In this document: in pieces, positions 48,081-60,562 of the stretch
How the letters are laid out: every line of letters begins with the position of its first letter
Position numbering within the stretch: the stretch's first letter is position 1
NCBI GenBank assembly: GCA_965112735.1
Contig: OZ218953.1
Coordinates: 1,488,001 to 1,552,000 of the forward strand
DNA from: Phaeosaccion multiseriatum
Taxonomy: Eukaryota > Protista > Ochrophyta, other classes
Length of the DNA: 64,000 bases
Reading direction: 5' to 3'
The notes under the pieces: model-generated
Seen by the model: the letters and a program-made list of their open reading frames with translations, nothing else
Database searches by the model: none
What the model was told of the DNA's origin: nothing
Position numbers and translations under genes: made by a program

Positions 48081-49231
48081 CCCGGCAGGACACAGCGGCA
48101 CTGGCGGAGAAGAAGGCATGGTTCACGGTAGAGCTGGGGCTCTCGGAGTCCGAGTGGGCGAACTTGTTCCTCTCTGCCACGTGGACGACTAAGCTGAGGA
48201 GCGCCAGTCTGGAGCGTATGCAGCATCTGCATGCCACTCTCGTGGAGGGGATGGCAGTGGATGGGGTGGCCCCGCGGGAGGTGGGACTGCAGCTGCCCTC
48301 TCTATTAGGCCCGAGCGTGGACAATGTGGTAAAGCCGAGACTGGCGCGGCTTAGGGAGTTGACGGGGGCGCGGCCTGACTTTCGAGCGCATGCTCGGGCG
48401 GTGTGCAAAGCGTCGTCAGCACTGATCAAAGACGAGGCCTTTGAGGCGTGGCTTGCAAAGGGGGCGCCCGCCGTGGAGAGGGGGTGGGAGGGGATCGATG
48501 CGAAGCGGCGCTTCTTTGTGGATGAGCTGGGCCTGACCGAGCTCGAGTGGGCGGCCTTTTTCCAGGAGCCGGAGGTTGTGGACCGCCTGCAAGGGGTGCC
48601 CTTGTCCAGGATGCGGGCCATGGCGGACGTGCTTCTCTACGAGATGGACTTTGCTACCCCGGAGGAGGTGGGGTTAGAGTTGCCGGCCATGCTCGGGACC
48701 AGCGTGGAAACGACGGTCAAGCCCAGGCTGGCGCGGATGAGGGAGATGGGCATTGATCCAGTGTTTCAGGAACACGTGTACAGGCTGAGGGGCAGGTACA
48801 GCAACAAGTGCTTCGAGGCCTGGCTCTTGAGGGGTACACCGGCGCAGAGAATGAGGGAAAAGAGACTGTGGTTCATGGAAGAGCTCGGCTTGCTGCAGGA
48901 CGATTGGCTGGACTTTTTCGAGCTGCCTTCCTGGGAGAAGAAGATGCGCAGCACCAGCATCGGCAAGATGAAGGTGCTCGCCGAGTTGCTTCTGAGAGAG
49001 ATGAAGGGCGCCACGCCACTGGCAGTGGGGCTGGAGCTTCCTCGGCTCTTGGGGGTGAGCGTGGGGCGGACGGTGATTCCCAGGCTCGCCCGTCTGAGGG
49101 AGGAGGGCATCACGCCAAACTTCGAGCTGCATGCCGTGAGCGTGTGCAGCTGCTGCCTGAACGAGGTGGCCTTCGAGCGCTGGCTTGCGCAGGTGGTACT
49201 GGCCGAGAAGGAGGGGGAAGACAGACCATAG
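46113..49231 (+). CDS. mTERF-like protein made of six ~115-aa tandem modules (2 exons; intron 47853-48088)
   Basis: Six copies of K.[WF]F..[ED]LGL.E.EW...SL.KM......L...M..ATP.EVG..LP.LLG.S[IV]..T[IV]KPRLAR..E.G..P.F..H......FE.WL. The LGL and P.L..S....PR elements are mTERF-type. A phase-0 intron joins the two long ORFs. Confidence 0.8.
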
Positions 49232-49745
49232 CTATAAGGAAGGGAAGCCGGCAAAGCGTTCTGAGCATACCCAACTGCATTCCAAAACGAAACGGGCGGG
49301 CGGTGAGAGAGTTTGTTATGTCATTTACGAGAGTGTGTGTGAAAGTTTTAAAGTGATTGCACACACAGATTTTTTTTTCTTCTACGAAGTATAAACGTAA
49401 CCCAGAGGAAGGAAGGAAGAAAGAAGGAAAGTGTAGTGTGTGTGCGTGGGGGGGGGGGAGGGGGAAGGGAAGAGAGAAGATATGTTGCCATCGGATGTCT
49501 AAAAGTAACGTCTCACAGATGTGGCTTGGATGAGGATTTGCGCGAAATATTATAGTACAGCCAAGTGCAAAGGAGGAGGGTTGCTGCTCCTGCTGCTCCT
49601 GGAGGCGACTCGTCCTCCTACCTCTGTTGCGTAGATTCACGCCCTGAAGGTCTTCTCCCCTGCGGCCTTTTTGCGACGCCTCACACTCTTCCCAAATTGA
49701 AACGTTTTTTTCTTTTTCTCTTGGGCTGTACACGCACGTGCTGCT

Positions 49746-52700
49746 ATGCGATTAGAGTGGAGGCCGCGGTGGCGGCCGAGTGAAAGGGACGGGAAGGAGG
49801 ATGTACAGGATGAAGACGGGCTTACCACTCCCAGGAGGAATAAGTATACAGTTGTGAGAGCGATTGGGGCTGGCTCCTTTGGGTCCGTCGAACTCGTCTC
49901 GCTGAACGGAGATGGGCGGCTCTATGTCAGGAAGGTGAGAGAAGTCGAGGGAGGAGAGAGAGAAGGGGGGTTGGGGTTGGGTTTTGGCTGGGCGTGGCTG
50001 CCTTTCCTTTTGACGTTTACCCATTATTCTATTGTTCTCCCCTCTTGGCTTTCATGCTCCGCCCCTGTCTCCGGACGTGAATTTCATGGTGTAAAGGTGG
50101 TCAAAGACAACTCGGCCAATAAAAAGGCAAAGGTCGAGGCCATGCGGGAGATTTGGGTCCTCAAGTCCCTCAAGCACCCCAACATTGTCAGCTTTGAAGA
50201 GGGCTACAAAAGAGACGCCCAAGGAATGGCCGGGCGGGGCGGCGGCGGTGCCAGCGGCGGACAGCTGTGCATCATCATGGAGTACTGCGAGGATGGAGAC
50301 TTGGGACACGCCATCTCCCAGGCCAGGAAGAAGGGCCGTCTCATTGCGCAGGAGACGGTGATGGACTGGTTTGTGCAGCTCCTCTTCGCCCTCAAGTACC
50401 TACACGGGAAACACATCTTGCACAGGTCAGTGGGCGGCTTCATTCGAGGTCGTGGGCTGCAGGCATGGGCGACAGGAGTGTAACAACTGCATTGATGTAC
50501 CTTCCGGGCCAGAGACGTTTGCTGAATCGCTCTCTCTCCCTCCCTCCCTCCCTCCCTGCCTTCCTTCGTTCCCCAGAGACTTGAAGCCGCAGAACTGCTT
50601 CCTCACCAATAAGGGAAGAGTGCTAAAACTCGGGGATTTCGGCATCACTAAGGTGGGGCCATACCCATACATGCTCACATACACGCTTTGCTTGACGGCC
50701 CGAGAGAGGTTGGGGTCCGAGCACGGAGGGGAGGGAGGGCGCAGTGAGACGGGGTAATAAGTGTCCCGCACCCACACCCTTTGATGTTGCACCTGGCTCT
50801 GATCTCTCCCCTCCCCTCTGGCCCTGCTATCTGCTATCGCTACCTCCGTTTGGTTTGTTGCTCCTCCCCCCTCTGCCCCTCTGCGGCCCGTCGTGGGCAT
50901 CGCTCTCAGGAATTGGACAACACCGCCGCCAACGCGCTGACAACGATCGGAACCCCTCTGTACTTTAGCCCGGAGATCTGGTAAGTGCGTAAGTGCGCCA
51001 GCGCCAGAGGATTGTCGAACAAGCGGCCCTGTAGGTCTTTCGCACGCCCCTTCCGCCTCGAGGAAGTAAAAGTGGCGGCGGCAAAGAGCCAGCTGATGCG
51101 CTGTACGTATCCGCTCTCACACCGCTCTACACTCCGTGCTCTTTTGACTGTTGCTCTCGCTATCCCTCTCGCTCTCACTCACACCAGCCAAAACGAACCG
51201 TATGGGTTCAAATCGGACGTGTGGGCACTCGGTATTGTTTTGTACGAGCTGTTGGCGCTACAGGTGAGCGAGAGACGGAGCCGTTAAGGGTCGCTCACGC
51301 ACACACGCCCGCGACCGGGGGGGATAAGGGAGAGGGCGCCGCTTGCTCTTGACCTGAGGAAAAGAAAGCCCAAACGTAAAACTGCCCCTCTCTCTCTTCT
51401 CTCTCTCTCTCTCTCTGTGTGTGTGCGTGCTCTGCAGGTGCCCTTCCAGGCCAACAGTCTCAAGGATCTGATTCAGAAGATTCTCTTCACCAAGCCCTCC
51501 GCGCCCAACAAGGAGAAGTACTCGGTGGGTCCGGCTTTGCTGACGTTTGTGGGCACGTGAGCATTTCGGTTGGCATGTGCGCTCATCGCTCTTTCCCTCT
51601 GGCTCTCTCTCTCTCTCATTCACCTCTCAGATGTCCATCTTGCGTCTGGTGGTGGCCATGCTTGCCAAGGCCCCTGTTCGGCGGCCCTCCGTGAAGGAGC
51701 TTCTGCAGAACGAATACGTCCAGACGCACGTCAAGGGCTTTGCCACACGCTACGCCTCCCTCATGGAGTTTGGTGCCTCTCTGCGCCGCACCACAGGGGA
51801 CGGACAAGTGTTGGAAGAGAGCGATACCGATGGAGCTGCCCGGCTGCAAGGAGTACGGTACAGGGGCAGGAGCGGCAGGTCGTCGCCAGCCCGACCAGGT
51901 GGCGATGGTGATGATGATGGAGCAGATGACAGAGACAATCGCGCGGGTGGTGAAGAGGAAAGCAAGAGGAAAGGTCGAGGTGCAGATGGCCATAGAGGGG
52001 AGGCGAGACGAGACTACGCCTCTGAAGACTCACAAGTGGCGGCAAGGGCGGACGAAAAGGTGGCGGCAGCAGCAGCTGTACAAGCGGCAGTCGACGCCGC
52101 CAATGGTGGGCGGGGCCGACATCGCGACGATGCAACTCCGAGTTCTCATGAGCAGGGCGCGGGGGGGGGGCGTATGGAGGCGAAAGGGAGGGTAGGTGAG
52201 GAGGAGCAGCAGCAGCAGCAGCGGGAGGAGGAGGAGGAGGAAGAGGAGGAGGAGGGTGCAGTTGGCGGAGATGGCGCCATCGGTTTGGACCTTCGGGCGC
52301 TGCCGGATAGCGTACTGCAGATGCACGAAGCTGCGCGGAGTCAAGGGCTCACGGCCACTTGCGAGGAGCTTGTGGGTGTGGCGTTGCTGGAGATCGGGGC
52401 GGTGCCGGAGGGAGGGGAGGAGGGGCACCAGCGGCTAGGGAGTGGGGAAGGGGGGCAAGTGAGGGAGAAGAAGGAGGGGGAGGAGGGAAAACCGGACCCT
52501 GAGGATAGGAGGAGGCACTCTCGATTACGTCAGGGGCTGCAAGGTGGACGAGAAAGCAGGCAGCATAGAGGGCAACAGGATGAAAGGAGAGCCAAGACCG
52601 AGGGGAGCACGCCGAGCAGCGGTAGGAGAACCAGCGGCAGAAGCAATAGTAGTAGTAATAGTAGTAGTAGTAGTAGTAGTAGTAGTTGTAGTAGCAGGAG

Positions 52701-53323
52701 CGACAGGCTCAACAACACGCGGCGCCCGAGGGTGAGCATGGTTGATGCCGCCGAGGCCGTGGATGCCGCCCATGCCATCCATGCAGTGGCGAGTGGGGCG
52801 CGAGGGGAGGGCTACAATGCTGCGGCCGCTGAGTCCTTCACACCACCGCGGAGGGTTTCCGAAGCGTCGAGCGAGGCGAGGGCGACGACGACGACAAGGA
52901 GGAGGAGGAGGAGGAGGAGGAGGAGCCATCTTCGCCTCCAAGCTCAGCCCCCCTGGGCACAAGGCGATGCGGAGCGTGAGGGTGAAGAAGAAAAAGGAGG
53001 GGGAGGGGGCGGCTCCTCGAGGGCTTCCGACTTGTCGCAGCAGAACAGCGCTCCATCCGCCCGCCACCGCCACGACGACGACGACGACGACAACGATAGA
53101 CTGAGTCCCCAACAGCCGTATGACCAACAGTCCTATGATGGCCCGGAGGCGCGTCGTCGCCCTCCTACAAACAGTAGCAGGAGCAGGAACAGCGGTGGTG
53201 AGACAAGTCCAGCAGGCGGGGTGGGGGGTGGGGAGGAGAGGGAGGAAGGGGGATACCACCGTGCGGCCATTAGCAGCAGTGAGGATCGCCGGAGAAGGAA
53301 GGAGGAGGAGCGAGAGCATCATG

Positions 53324-53363
<40 letters not shown>

Positions 53364-54653
53364 CCAAAGCATGCGGGACAAGGAGAATGTGGGGACAGAC
53401 GCCGTCGAGGTGCAGTCGGCTCGAGCGACGACGGCGGACGCGGGGCGGAGGAGAGAAGGAGAGGGAGGAGGGATTCCGAGTCGAGGAGGAGGAGGAAGGA
53501 GGGAGAGCGAAAGTCCTCGGGTACTGGCCAGGCTCGGGGCACTGCGGGGGGTTGCTGGTGACGTCGTTGGGGCCCGGGGTGGTGGGGGCAAAGAAGTAGC
53601 CACACCAGCAGCAGCAGCAGCAGCAGCACTTGGTGATAAAGCAACAGCAGCAGCCGCCGCTCAACCTTCCCGCATCGTGACGCGACAAAGCGTGAGTAAC
53701 AGCATCAACCGTTATGCGGGCAGAACCCCGGGGGGCGACTACGTGTCGCACAAACGCACCAGTCCCAACCAGAGAAGCAGAAAGGGCTCGTCTGGCACCA
53801 TCGCCGGTGGCAATGGTGGCAGTGGTAGAGGTAGCGGCAGCTCCTGGTTGGGTTCTGATCCTGAAACACCCAGAGGAGGAGCGAGGGGCGCTTCTTCCGG
53901 CCCTGCTTCTCCATCTTCTGCTTCCCCTGCTGCTGCGGCCACTGGGGGGGGCAGAGGAGCTGGCACCGAACGTCGCCCGAGGCCCTCAATTCTTGTCGAC
54001 GAAGGACGACTGGGAACCCCGACTAGCGGTGCACCCCCCTCGGGATCGTCTGCGAGGAGGTCTGAAGCTTCAATAGAGTCCTTTGCAGACGAGGAGAGCG
54101 AGCGGCAGCAGTGGGAGGAGCAGGTGAGTGAGTCATTGCATGCGTGAGGGAGGGAGGGAGGGAGGGAGGGAGGGAGGGAGGGAGGGAGGGAGGGAGGGAG
54201 GGAGGGAGGGAGGGAGGGAGGGAGGGAGGGAATGAGTAAAAAAGCGAGGAAATTCTGCTCGTCAAACAGCTGTGTTAGGGCAGGCCCAAGGGATTAGCCA
54301 AGTTTTTTTTTTGTTTCGTGCCTCTGCCCTCCTGGGCAGTCAGTGTCTCTCTCTCCCTCTACGTCACCTTTGCCACTGCCCTCCGAGCCGACAAGTCCAT
54401 GTTTCCCCCAACTGACCCCGACGTTTGTCTCTCTCACTCGCTCGTCGTATAACCACCGCAGCGGGTCCAAGAGCAAGCAAGGAGGAGGGAAAGGAGTCGA
54501 GGCTCTGGCGGTGGTAAGAGGGTAAGCCGAGAGAAGCTGGGCAGGTTGGGGGCCGCCATCCTCAATCGCAGCCTGGATGGGACGCTCGAGACGGAGGAGG
54601 AGGTCAGGGAGGCCGTCGCCAGCATGCAGCGCAACATGGAGGACAAGAAGCAG

Positions 54654-54687
<34 letters not shown>

Positions 54688-55699
54688 GAGACAAGCTGAA
54701 GGAGTCTTTGCATCTGCCAGAGTTGCCGCCTCCCTCCTCTCCGCGGCCGGACAGCGCTTGCAGGTGAGCGAGTGGGCTACACGCCCCCCCATCCTCGAGG
54801 GCCAGCGAGCACATGAATAGACGCAACCTCTCTCGCTCTCTGACCCTGACCTCTCGGTCTCCGTCTCCCTCTCCCTCTCTCCCTCTCTCTCTCTCTCTCT
54901 CTCTTTGTGCGGTGGTTGCAGTACCGCCCGCGCGTCGGTCCAGGGGGGTAGCGTCCGCCAGGCTTCTGAACCCCACATCTTTGATCACAGCGGCCAGCAC
55001 AGCAGCCGCAGCCAGCACAGCAGAAGAAGCAAGAGTAGGGCCAGCAGCGAGCGGCGGATCGAGTACACTCGGAGTATAGCAGGAGAGGCCTCGAGTGCTG
55101 GCGACGACGGGATGGAAGGAGGAGGGCGCAGCCGACGATCCGACCGACCGGGTTTCTCTCCCCATCAGGCTCATGGAGACGCCGCACGGCAGGGGTTGGG
55201 GGTGGGGGCAGGGCTCGATGTTCCGCAGAAGCAGAGGCGCCTTTCTCGCGCCGAGCTCGAGATGCTCGACGGCATGGGCGACGAAGTGTCTCAAGCAGAC
55301 GGGGCTGGGCGGGCGAATAGGGGGGGACGTAGTGGTCGTCAAGACGGCTCTCGGCAGTGGCATCATGGTCGTGCCCGAGGAGGGGAAGGAAGGGAGGAAG
55401 GCCACCGTCCCGAGGGGGCTGAACGCGCCGCGAATGCAAGCGGTAGTGTCAGTATCAGCAGCAGCAGCAGCAGCAGTGGCAGCCGCAGTAGCAGTAGGGG
55501 CAGCAGCAGGGGCAGTAGAAGCGGCAGCAGCGGCGGCGGGGGGAGCAGCTCAGGGGGCAGCAGTCGCGCTTTGGCGAATGTCGGACTGTCTTTGTTTCGC
55601 CAGAGCTCGGACGATGTGCCCATTCTACGCGCACATGCCCAGCCCAGACAACTGCTGCCGCTTCAGTCTCTGGCAGGAGCGGTGGGAGGGGAGGATTGA
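49746..55699 (+). CDS. NIMA-related (NEK) Ser/Thr kinase with a long low-complexity C-terminus
   Basis: IGAGSFGSV, LKHPNIV, LCIIMEYCEDGDL, MDWFVQLLFALKYLH...HR|DLKPQN, LGDFGITK, IGTPLYFSPEI|CQNEPYGFKSDVWALG, PFQANSL. Exons are in phase through to the stop at 55699. Confidence 0.93.
54148..54230 (+). repeat. (GGGA)n intronic tract near a 5' splice site
   Basis: Directly visible. A similar tract lies at 29809-29868. Confidence 0.9.
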
Positions 55700-56074
55700 G
55701 GCCAACGCCAGGGTGCCACAGGCGGGGGTGGGTCTACGCCGTGCAAGGACCCACGAGGGAAAGGGAAAGAGGGAGGGAGGGAAGGAAGGATGGAGAAAGG
55801 AAGGAAGCGAGGGAGGGAGGGAGGGAGAGAAGCGGAAGGGGAATGAAGAGGCCCCATCCGGACGCACTCAATGCCGGAGTATCCCCGCGTGTCAACTTCG
55901 AGTAGTAGCGTGCACCCGTTAGTTTACCATAGCGGGTAACCAATGACTGACAACAAGAACAACAAGAACAACAACAAGAAGAATTCTATTTACAAGTTGA
56001 ACTCCAAGCGACAAGCACAGAGATTGCACCATATTTCGTTCGTTCTATAACGTCCTTCCTCCTTGGAGCCTAGG

Positions 56075-57258
56075 CTATAATGTCCGTTCTCTTTGTAGCA
56101 CCGCCTGCTCGAACTTGATGAGAAACACGGTCTTGTCTGCCTGCCCATCCTCCATGCTCACATAGTGGGCAGTCACACGGGCCGGAAAGGAGGAGCCGTC
56201 GAGGATGCCGGCCAGCACACCGGCGATGAGCGCTCCGCAGTTGAGCTGGCCAAGGTCGGGCGGAACGCTGACGAAGGTGTTGGTGATGGGCTGCTTCTCG
56301 TGGATCATGTACTCGTCCTCGTTCTCGGTGCTGCGCTCGAGGGAGTCCGCGGACTTTCCAAACAGCGCCTTTGTGTGTGTGTTTGTATTGTATGGTAGTA
56401 ACAGGCGGAGGAAGAGGAGAGGGAGGGGGGTTTTGTATGGGTGCGGTATTCAATACCTTTGCGGCCGTCGGGGAGTTGTGTGCTTCGCCTTGGGAGGAGG
56501 GCGCGTCAATAGTCCAAGAGCGGTGTAGTGGTAAGGTCAGAGATCCACCCAGGCCGGCAGTCACACAAGCCCTGTGCTAAACTCTGTCCTCTGGATAGAG
56601 ACTTGATCCCCCTCATCCCGCACCCATCCCGGCAAGCCAGGCCCGACTCACCTTCCAGACGTTCGAGCTGACCCACTGAAGCATCGGCAGCAGACGCGTG
56701 CGGCGTTTGTGCTGCTTTTCCCTAAGACTAAGAACCTCTAGTACGCGCAGTCCTATTGAGTAGCCTGGGGGGGATGAGAGCGGGCACGGTGCACCACAGG
56801 GCGAGGGGTCAGGATCGACGTGTCAGAAGAAGGTAGAGGGGGCGTAGCAGTGTCGTGAGGGAAAGAGTACGGGACAGAAGCTTGTGCAAAGGTGCTACAG
56901 CTCTTTTGGAGCGAGCAGCCGCCAACGGCAGGGGCAGTGGAGGTGCCAGAGAGTGGTACGGATGTGAGTGAGTGCCGCTGACGGACCTGTCTCCTCCAGC
57001 CTTCGCTCGAGGCCGTCGATGCTAGCCACTCGCCCTTGGAAGTACTGCACCATTTCACTGAATAAGAAGCTGAAAGCACTTAAGCTCACCTGAGAGAGGA
57101 GAGAGGAGCAAATTAACCAAACAGAGAGAGCTTGCCATCACCATCATATCTCTCCTCTTCCAACAACGTACCTCATTCGGTTTGCCGCCCTTGGAAGTTG
57201 GAGCTGCTATTTGACGGTCCAGGATGGAGGCCCGCCCTGCCCTCTTGACGGGGTCCAT
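56075..57258 (-). CDS. TRAPPC5: Trafficking protein particle complex subunit 5 (Trs31), 4 exons
   Basis: SILDR, EVSLSAFSFLFSEMVQY, GYSIGLRVLE, VWKALFGKSADSLERS...EYMI, FVSVP...LNCGALIAG, FPARVTAH, TVFLIKF. Confidence 0.95.
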
Positions 57259-57743
57259 TGTCACAACGCCCTCCTTGAGGGAGCAACAGAGGGAAGGTTA
57301 TATGCGGCAATTCCTTCCCAAAAGCGTTTGTTGCCGCTCTAAGGTAGAGCAGGGCTTTGAAGGGCCTTGGGGACACGGAAGAGGCAGAGGAAGAGGGGAG
57401 AAGTTGCGGGAAGAGGGACGAAGAGCACGGTGGATAAAATTCGTCGCCTGTGGGCAAGCTGCGGCAAGCTCTATGCGTAGTTGGGTCCGACAGAAAGTGG
57501 GCTTGTTTGTGTGAGCACGCTCCAGGCCTTTTCTCCGACAGGGTGCCTTCTCTTTGGGCGTGGCAGCAGAAGAAAGGGGAGCTTAGTAGTGGGAGGGAAA
57601 TTAGTAGCAGCAGGGGCGTGTAGGGAAGCAGCCTAGCCCTCGCAGTGGCTCTTTTAACACAAACATCCCGAGCAAACTCGTATTCCAGCGACGAAACACC
57701 CTGGAAAGAAAGCAAAAGAAGTGAAAGGCGAGTAGAAGCAGCC

Positions 57744-59177
57744 ATGTGGAGAGTCGGCCGGCCTTGTCTGTCGGCCTCTGCCTCCGTTTCCGCTTCCGGG
57801 GCGTTTAAGCGTGGAGTCCAGGCAGGGAGGAATTTGCACAATGGCCACCACCGTCAGAGGACAGTGGAAGTGAGTAGGAGCTGTCGCAGTAGCAGCAGTA
57901 GTAGCTTCAGTGGCGATGGAGGCAGTGAGGATAGGGCCAGGAACGGCGGCAGCAGTATTGGCAGCAGCAGATGCAGCAGCAGCGAGAGCAGCGGCAGCAG
58001 CAGCAGCCCTGCCAATGCCAATTGCAGGAGCAGCAGGAACAAGAGCAGCAGCCCAGCCACTTGCAGAACCGGCAGCACCGAAGAGAGAAAACAAGAGGGA
58101 GCGGAATCGAGCGGTGTGGGGCTAAGGCTCATGGGGGAGAGAAGAAGCGGGCTGAAGCGAGAGAAGGTGTCCCTGACGTCGAGCTTTATGCCCACCCCGA
58201 TGGCTTTAGAGGTGTCCACGATCCACTACGCTGCCTTGGTGGCCGCAGCGAGAGGAGGCAAGGGACTGGTTGGGGCAGGCGCGGGCGCAGCGGCGGCGGC
58301 AACACCGATTGGCAGCGCAGCGGCTCTTTTCTCCAGGATAGAGCAGGGCGAGCAGCAGCACGGCAATCCTTCTGGTGAGGAGAAGATGAAATCCTCACAC
58401 AGCAGCAGCAGGAACGCCACCAGCGACAACAGCGACAAGAACAACAGCAGCAGCAAAAGTAAGAGTAAGAGTGGTCGCGTGAATGAGCCCGGGCCTCTCT
58501 TGTCCGGCGGGGTGCCCCCTGGCTCGGCCTCCGCTCATGCTGCGGGCTACTTCTTGCTGGAGCCCACTATAGCAGCCGCAGTGGTGGAGCAATTCTTCTA
58601 CAACCATCAGAGGGACTTGCCGGTAGTGGAGCCGCGCGAGAAGTCGGCTTCAGATGCGGAAGCACGTCCTGCTACTACTGGTGCTGCTGCTGCTGCTGCT
58701 CCTGAGGAGGTGGTACAAAGGCAGGAGAGGGCCGCAATCGAAGCGGAGGAAGCTCAGATTGCGGCGGAGGAGGCGGCCGAAATGGCGCATATGCAGCAAG
58801 AAGTTATGGCTCACGAGGTTTTGGAAGTGCTCCTCCCCTCCGAACTTATCGATGGCATTGTGCATCAGCAGCAGAAGCAGGAAGTGGAGGAGGAAGAGGA
58901 GCAAGGGCAGGGGGGGTTGCACGACGAGGCTGGAATGCCCATCCCAGCAGGGATGGAGATGCCTTCGGCCACCACGGGAGCCTCGCTCAATGAGGAGGGA
59001 GGGGAGGAGGCGGGGGTTGCGACCCCCATTGAGGCGATGAACCGCAACGCACGCCGACCCAAGAAGGCCAACCACGGCAAGCGGCCTTGCAGCAGGGTGG
59101 GGAGGGTGGAGAGGTTCAAGCACCGCCTGGCGGGCAAGGGCAGGCGCTACAGGGGCAAGGGGGACAGCCCGCGGTAG
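57744..59177 (+). CDS. Hypothetical, probably mitochondrial protein with a short basic C-terminal motif (MNRNARRPKKANHGKRPCSR)
   Basis: Single long ORF. The N-terminus is Arg/Ser/Ala-rich and presequence-like, the middle is low-complexity and acidic, and the last ~45 aa are highly basic. Confidence 0.65.
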   Translation: MWRVGRPCLSASASVSASGAFKRGVQAGRNLHNGHHRQRTVEVSRSCRSSSSSSFSGDGGSEDRARNGGSSIGSSRCSSSESSGSSSSPANANCRSSRNKSSSPATCRTGSTEERKQEGAESSGVGLRLMGERRSGLKREKVSLTSSFMPTPMALEVSTIHYAALVAAARGGKGLVGAGAGAAAAATPIGSAAALFSRIEQGEQQHGNPSGEEKMKSSHSSSRNATSDNSDKNNSSSKSKSKSGRVNEPGPLLSGGVPPGSASAHAAGYFLLEPTIAAAVVEQFFYNHQRDLPVVEPREKSASDAEARPATTGAAAAAAPEEVVQRQERAAIEAEEAQIAAEEAAEMAHMQQEVMAHEVLEVLLPSELIDGIVHQQQKQEVEEEEEQGQGGLHDEAGMPIPAGMEMPSATTGASLNEEGGEEAGVATPIEAMNRNARRPKKANHGKRPCSRVGRVERFKHRLAGKGRRYRGKGDSPR

Positions 59178-59952
59178 GCAAGAGGAGTGAGTACCGAAGG
59201 AGATGCGCATATGACGGGGGGGGGGACTCTAATCCTTGTTGCGCAAAGTCTGATTGTCTGAGGCGCACATGAGAGAGAGAGGTTACTTTAGGATACTGTA
59301 CATACGTGGAGAAGGATGGAAAAGAGAATGGGTGTCTGATTCCTGGTGAGCCAGTGGGCGGCTGAGTGACGACGTAAAGCCCCCCTCCCGCCCACGGCAG
59401 CAGAGGCATTTAGCGACTAGTGGGGCGAGGGGAAGGGAAGGGATGGAAACAATAACATAAGACCACCGGTGGTGGTGGTGCCACACAACTTGTGCCTCTG
59501 GCCTTGTGCTGGTAGAGCTGTCCTGTTCGCCTCGGCTCCTCTCCCTATGCTTTGACGTCATAGGTGCGGGTCAGGAGGTGGCAATACACGGCTGTAGGGC
59601 GACACCGGAGAATGAAAAAAAGAGATTGAAGGAAGGCCGGTCGGGCGTCGGGTGTTCCTTCCCTCCCCTCTCCGTCCTCCTCCTTTCCTCGATGATACGA
59701 TGATCAGTAGTATTTGGTATATACAAGCCGGACGCCCTTGCCCGCTTTTTTTGCTCCACGATACCGCGAAGGGTGGGTTCCTCTCCTCTCCTCTCCTCCT
59801 TGTGTTACAAGTCCACGCGAGGGCTACACCGTGGCTTCGTCATCTGCAACATCGCCATCTAGGTGAGGAAGGGCCGTCTTTCCGGCGCTTGCTAGGAGGG
59901 TGGACCGACTCCACTAAAAAGTAGTCGGAATGTCCTACCTTTCACACGTCTA

Positions 59953-60562
59953 TCATCCGCAGCCGGCCTTGTACATCATCACAGCTTTGTCCCCGAGGTA
60001 AAAGTAGACGAAGCACCGCGTCTCATGCGTGACTAAGGAGCCGAAATTCCGACCTATGATGACATGCCAATGTAAATCCCAATTGCTGTCGAAATGCTTT
60101 TTTATTTTCTCTGCACAGGCTAGACCTGCGTGACGGAGACACAGAGCGAGAGGAGGTCAGGCAAGGTGAGCTTCGAGGCACGGTAATAATAGCGTTGAGA
60201 AAGGGGAGGGGGGAGGAGGGCCGTATAGAGCTAACGCCTCTAGTCCCTTGAGTATCTTGGTGGTAATGAGCGATACCTGCGCACCTCCGAATGTGCCCGT
60301 GACCATTGGCAGGGCCAGAGAGATACCACAGAGAGAGAGAGTGAGAAAAGGGGAGGCCAATCACGGCAGGCATAGGCAGCCTGATCTCCTTCTTCGCAAG
60401 GACTTCGAGAACGCACGTACCGTCCGCGTCAAAGTCTTGCACGTCGTCGAGGTGCTTCCTAGTGGTGTGGATTGCGTCCCGCAGCATGTCGTCTGGCATG
60501 TCCACAGGCTGCTTCACCTTCGCCCCCCACATCATTGCCCATTCAGGCACCTCTTCGCCCAT
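59953..60562 (-). CDS. Dynein light chain type 1 (LC8 family), 2 exons
   Basis: VKQPVDMPDDMLRDAI...|LACAEKIKKHFDSNWDLHWHVIIGRNFGSLVTHETRCFVYFYLGDKAVMMYKAG. Stop TGA at 59955-59953. Confidence 0.92.

Noticed and set aside
52525-53751. Long antisense ORFs here and opposite other GC-rich exons (e.g. 12735-13649, 47223-48119)
   Set aside because: These are shadow ORFs expected from high GC and triplet repeats, with no recognisable motifs.
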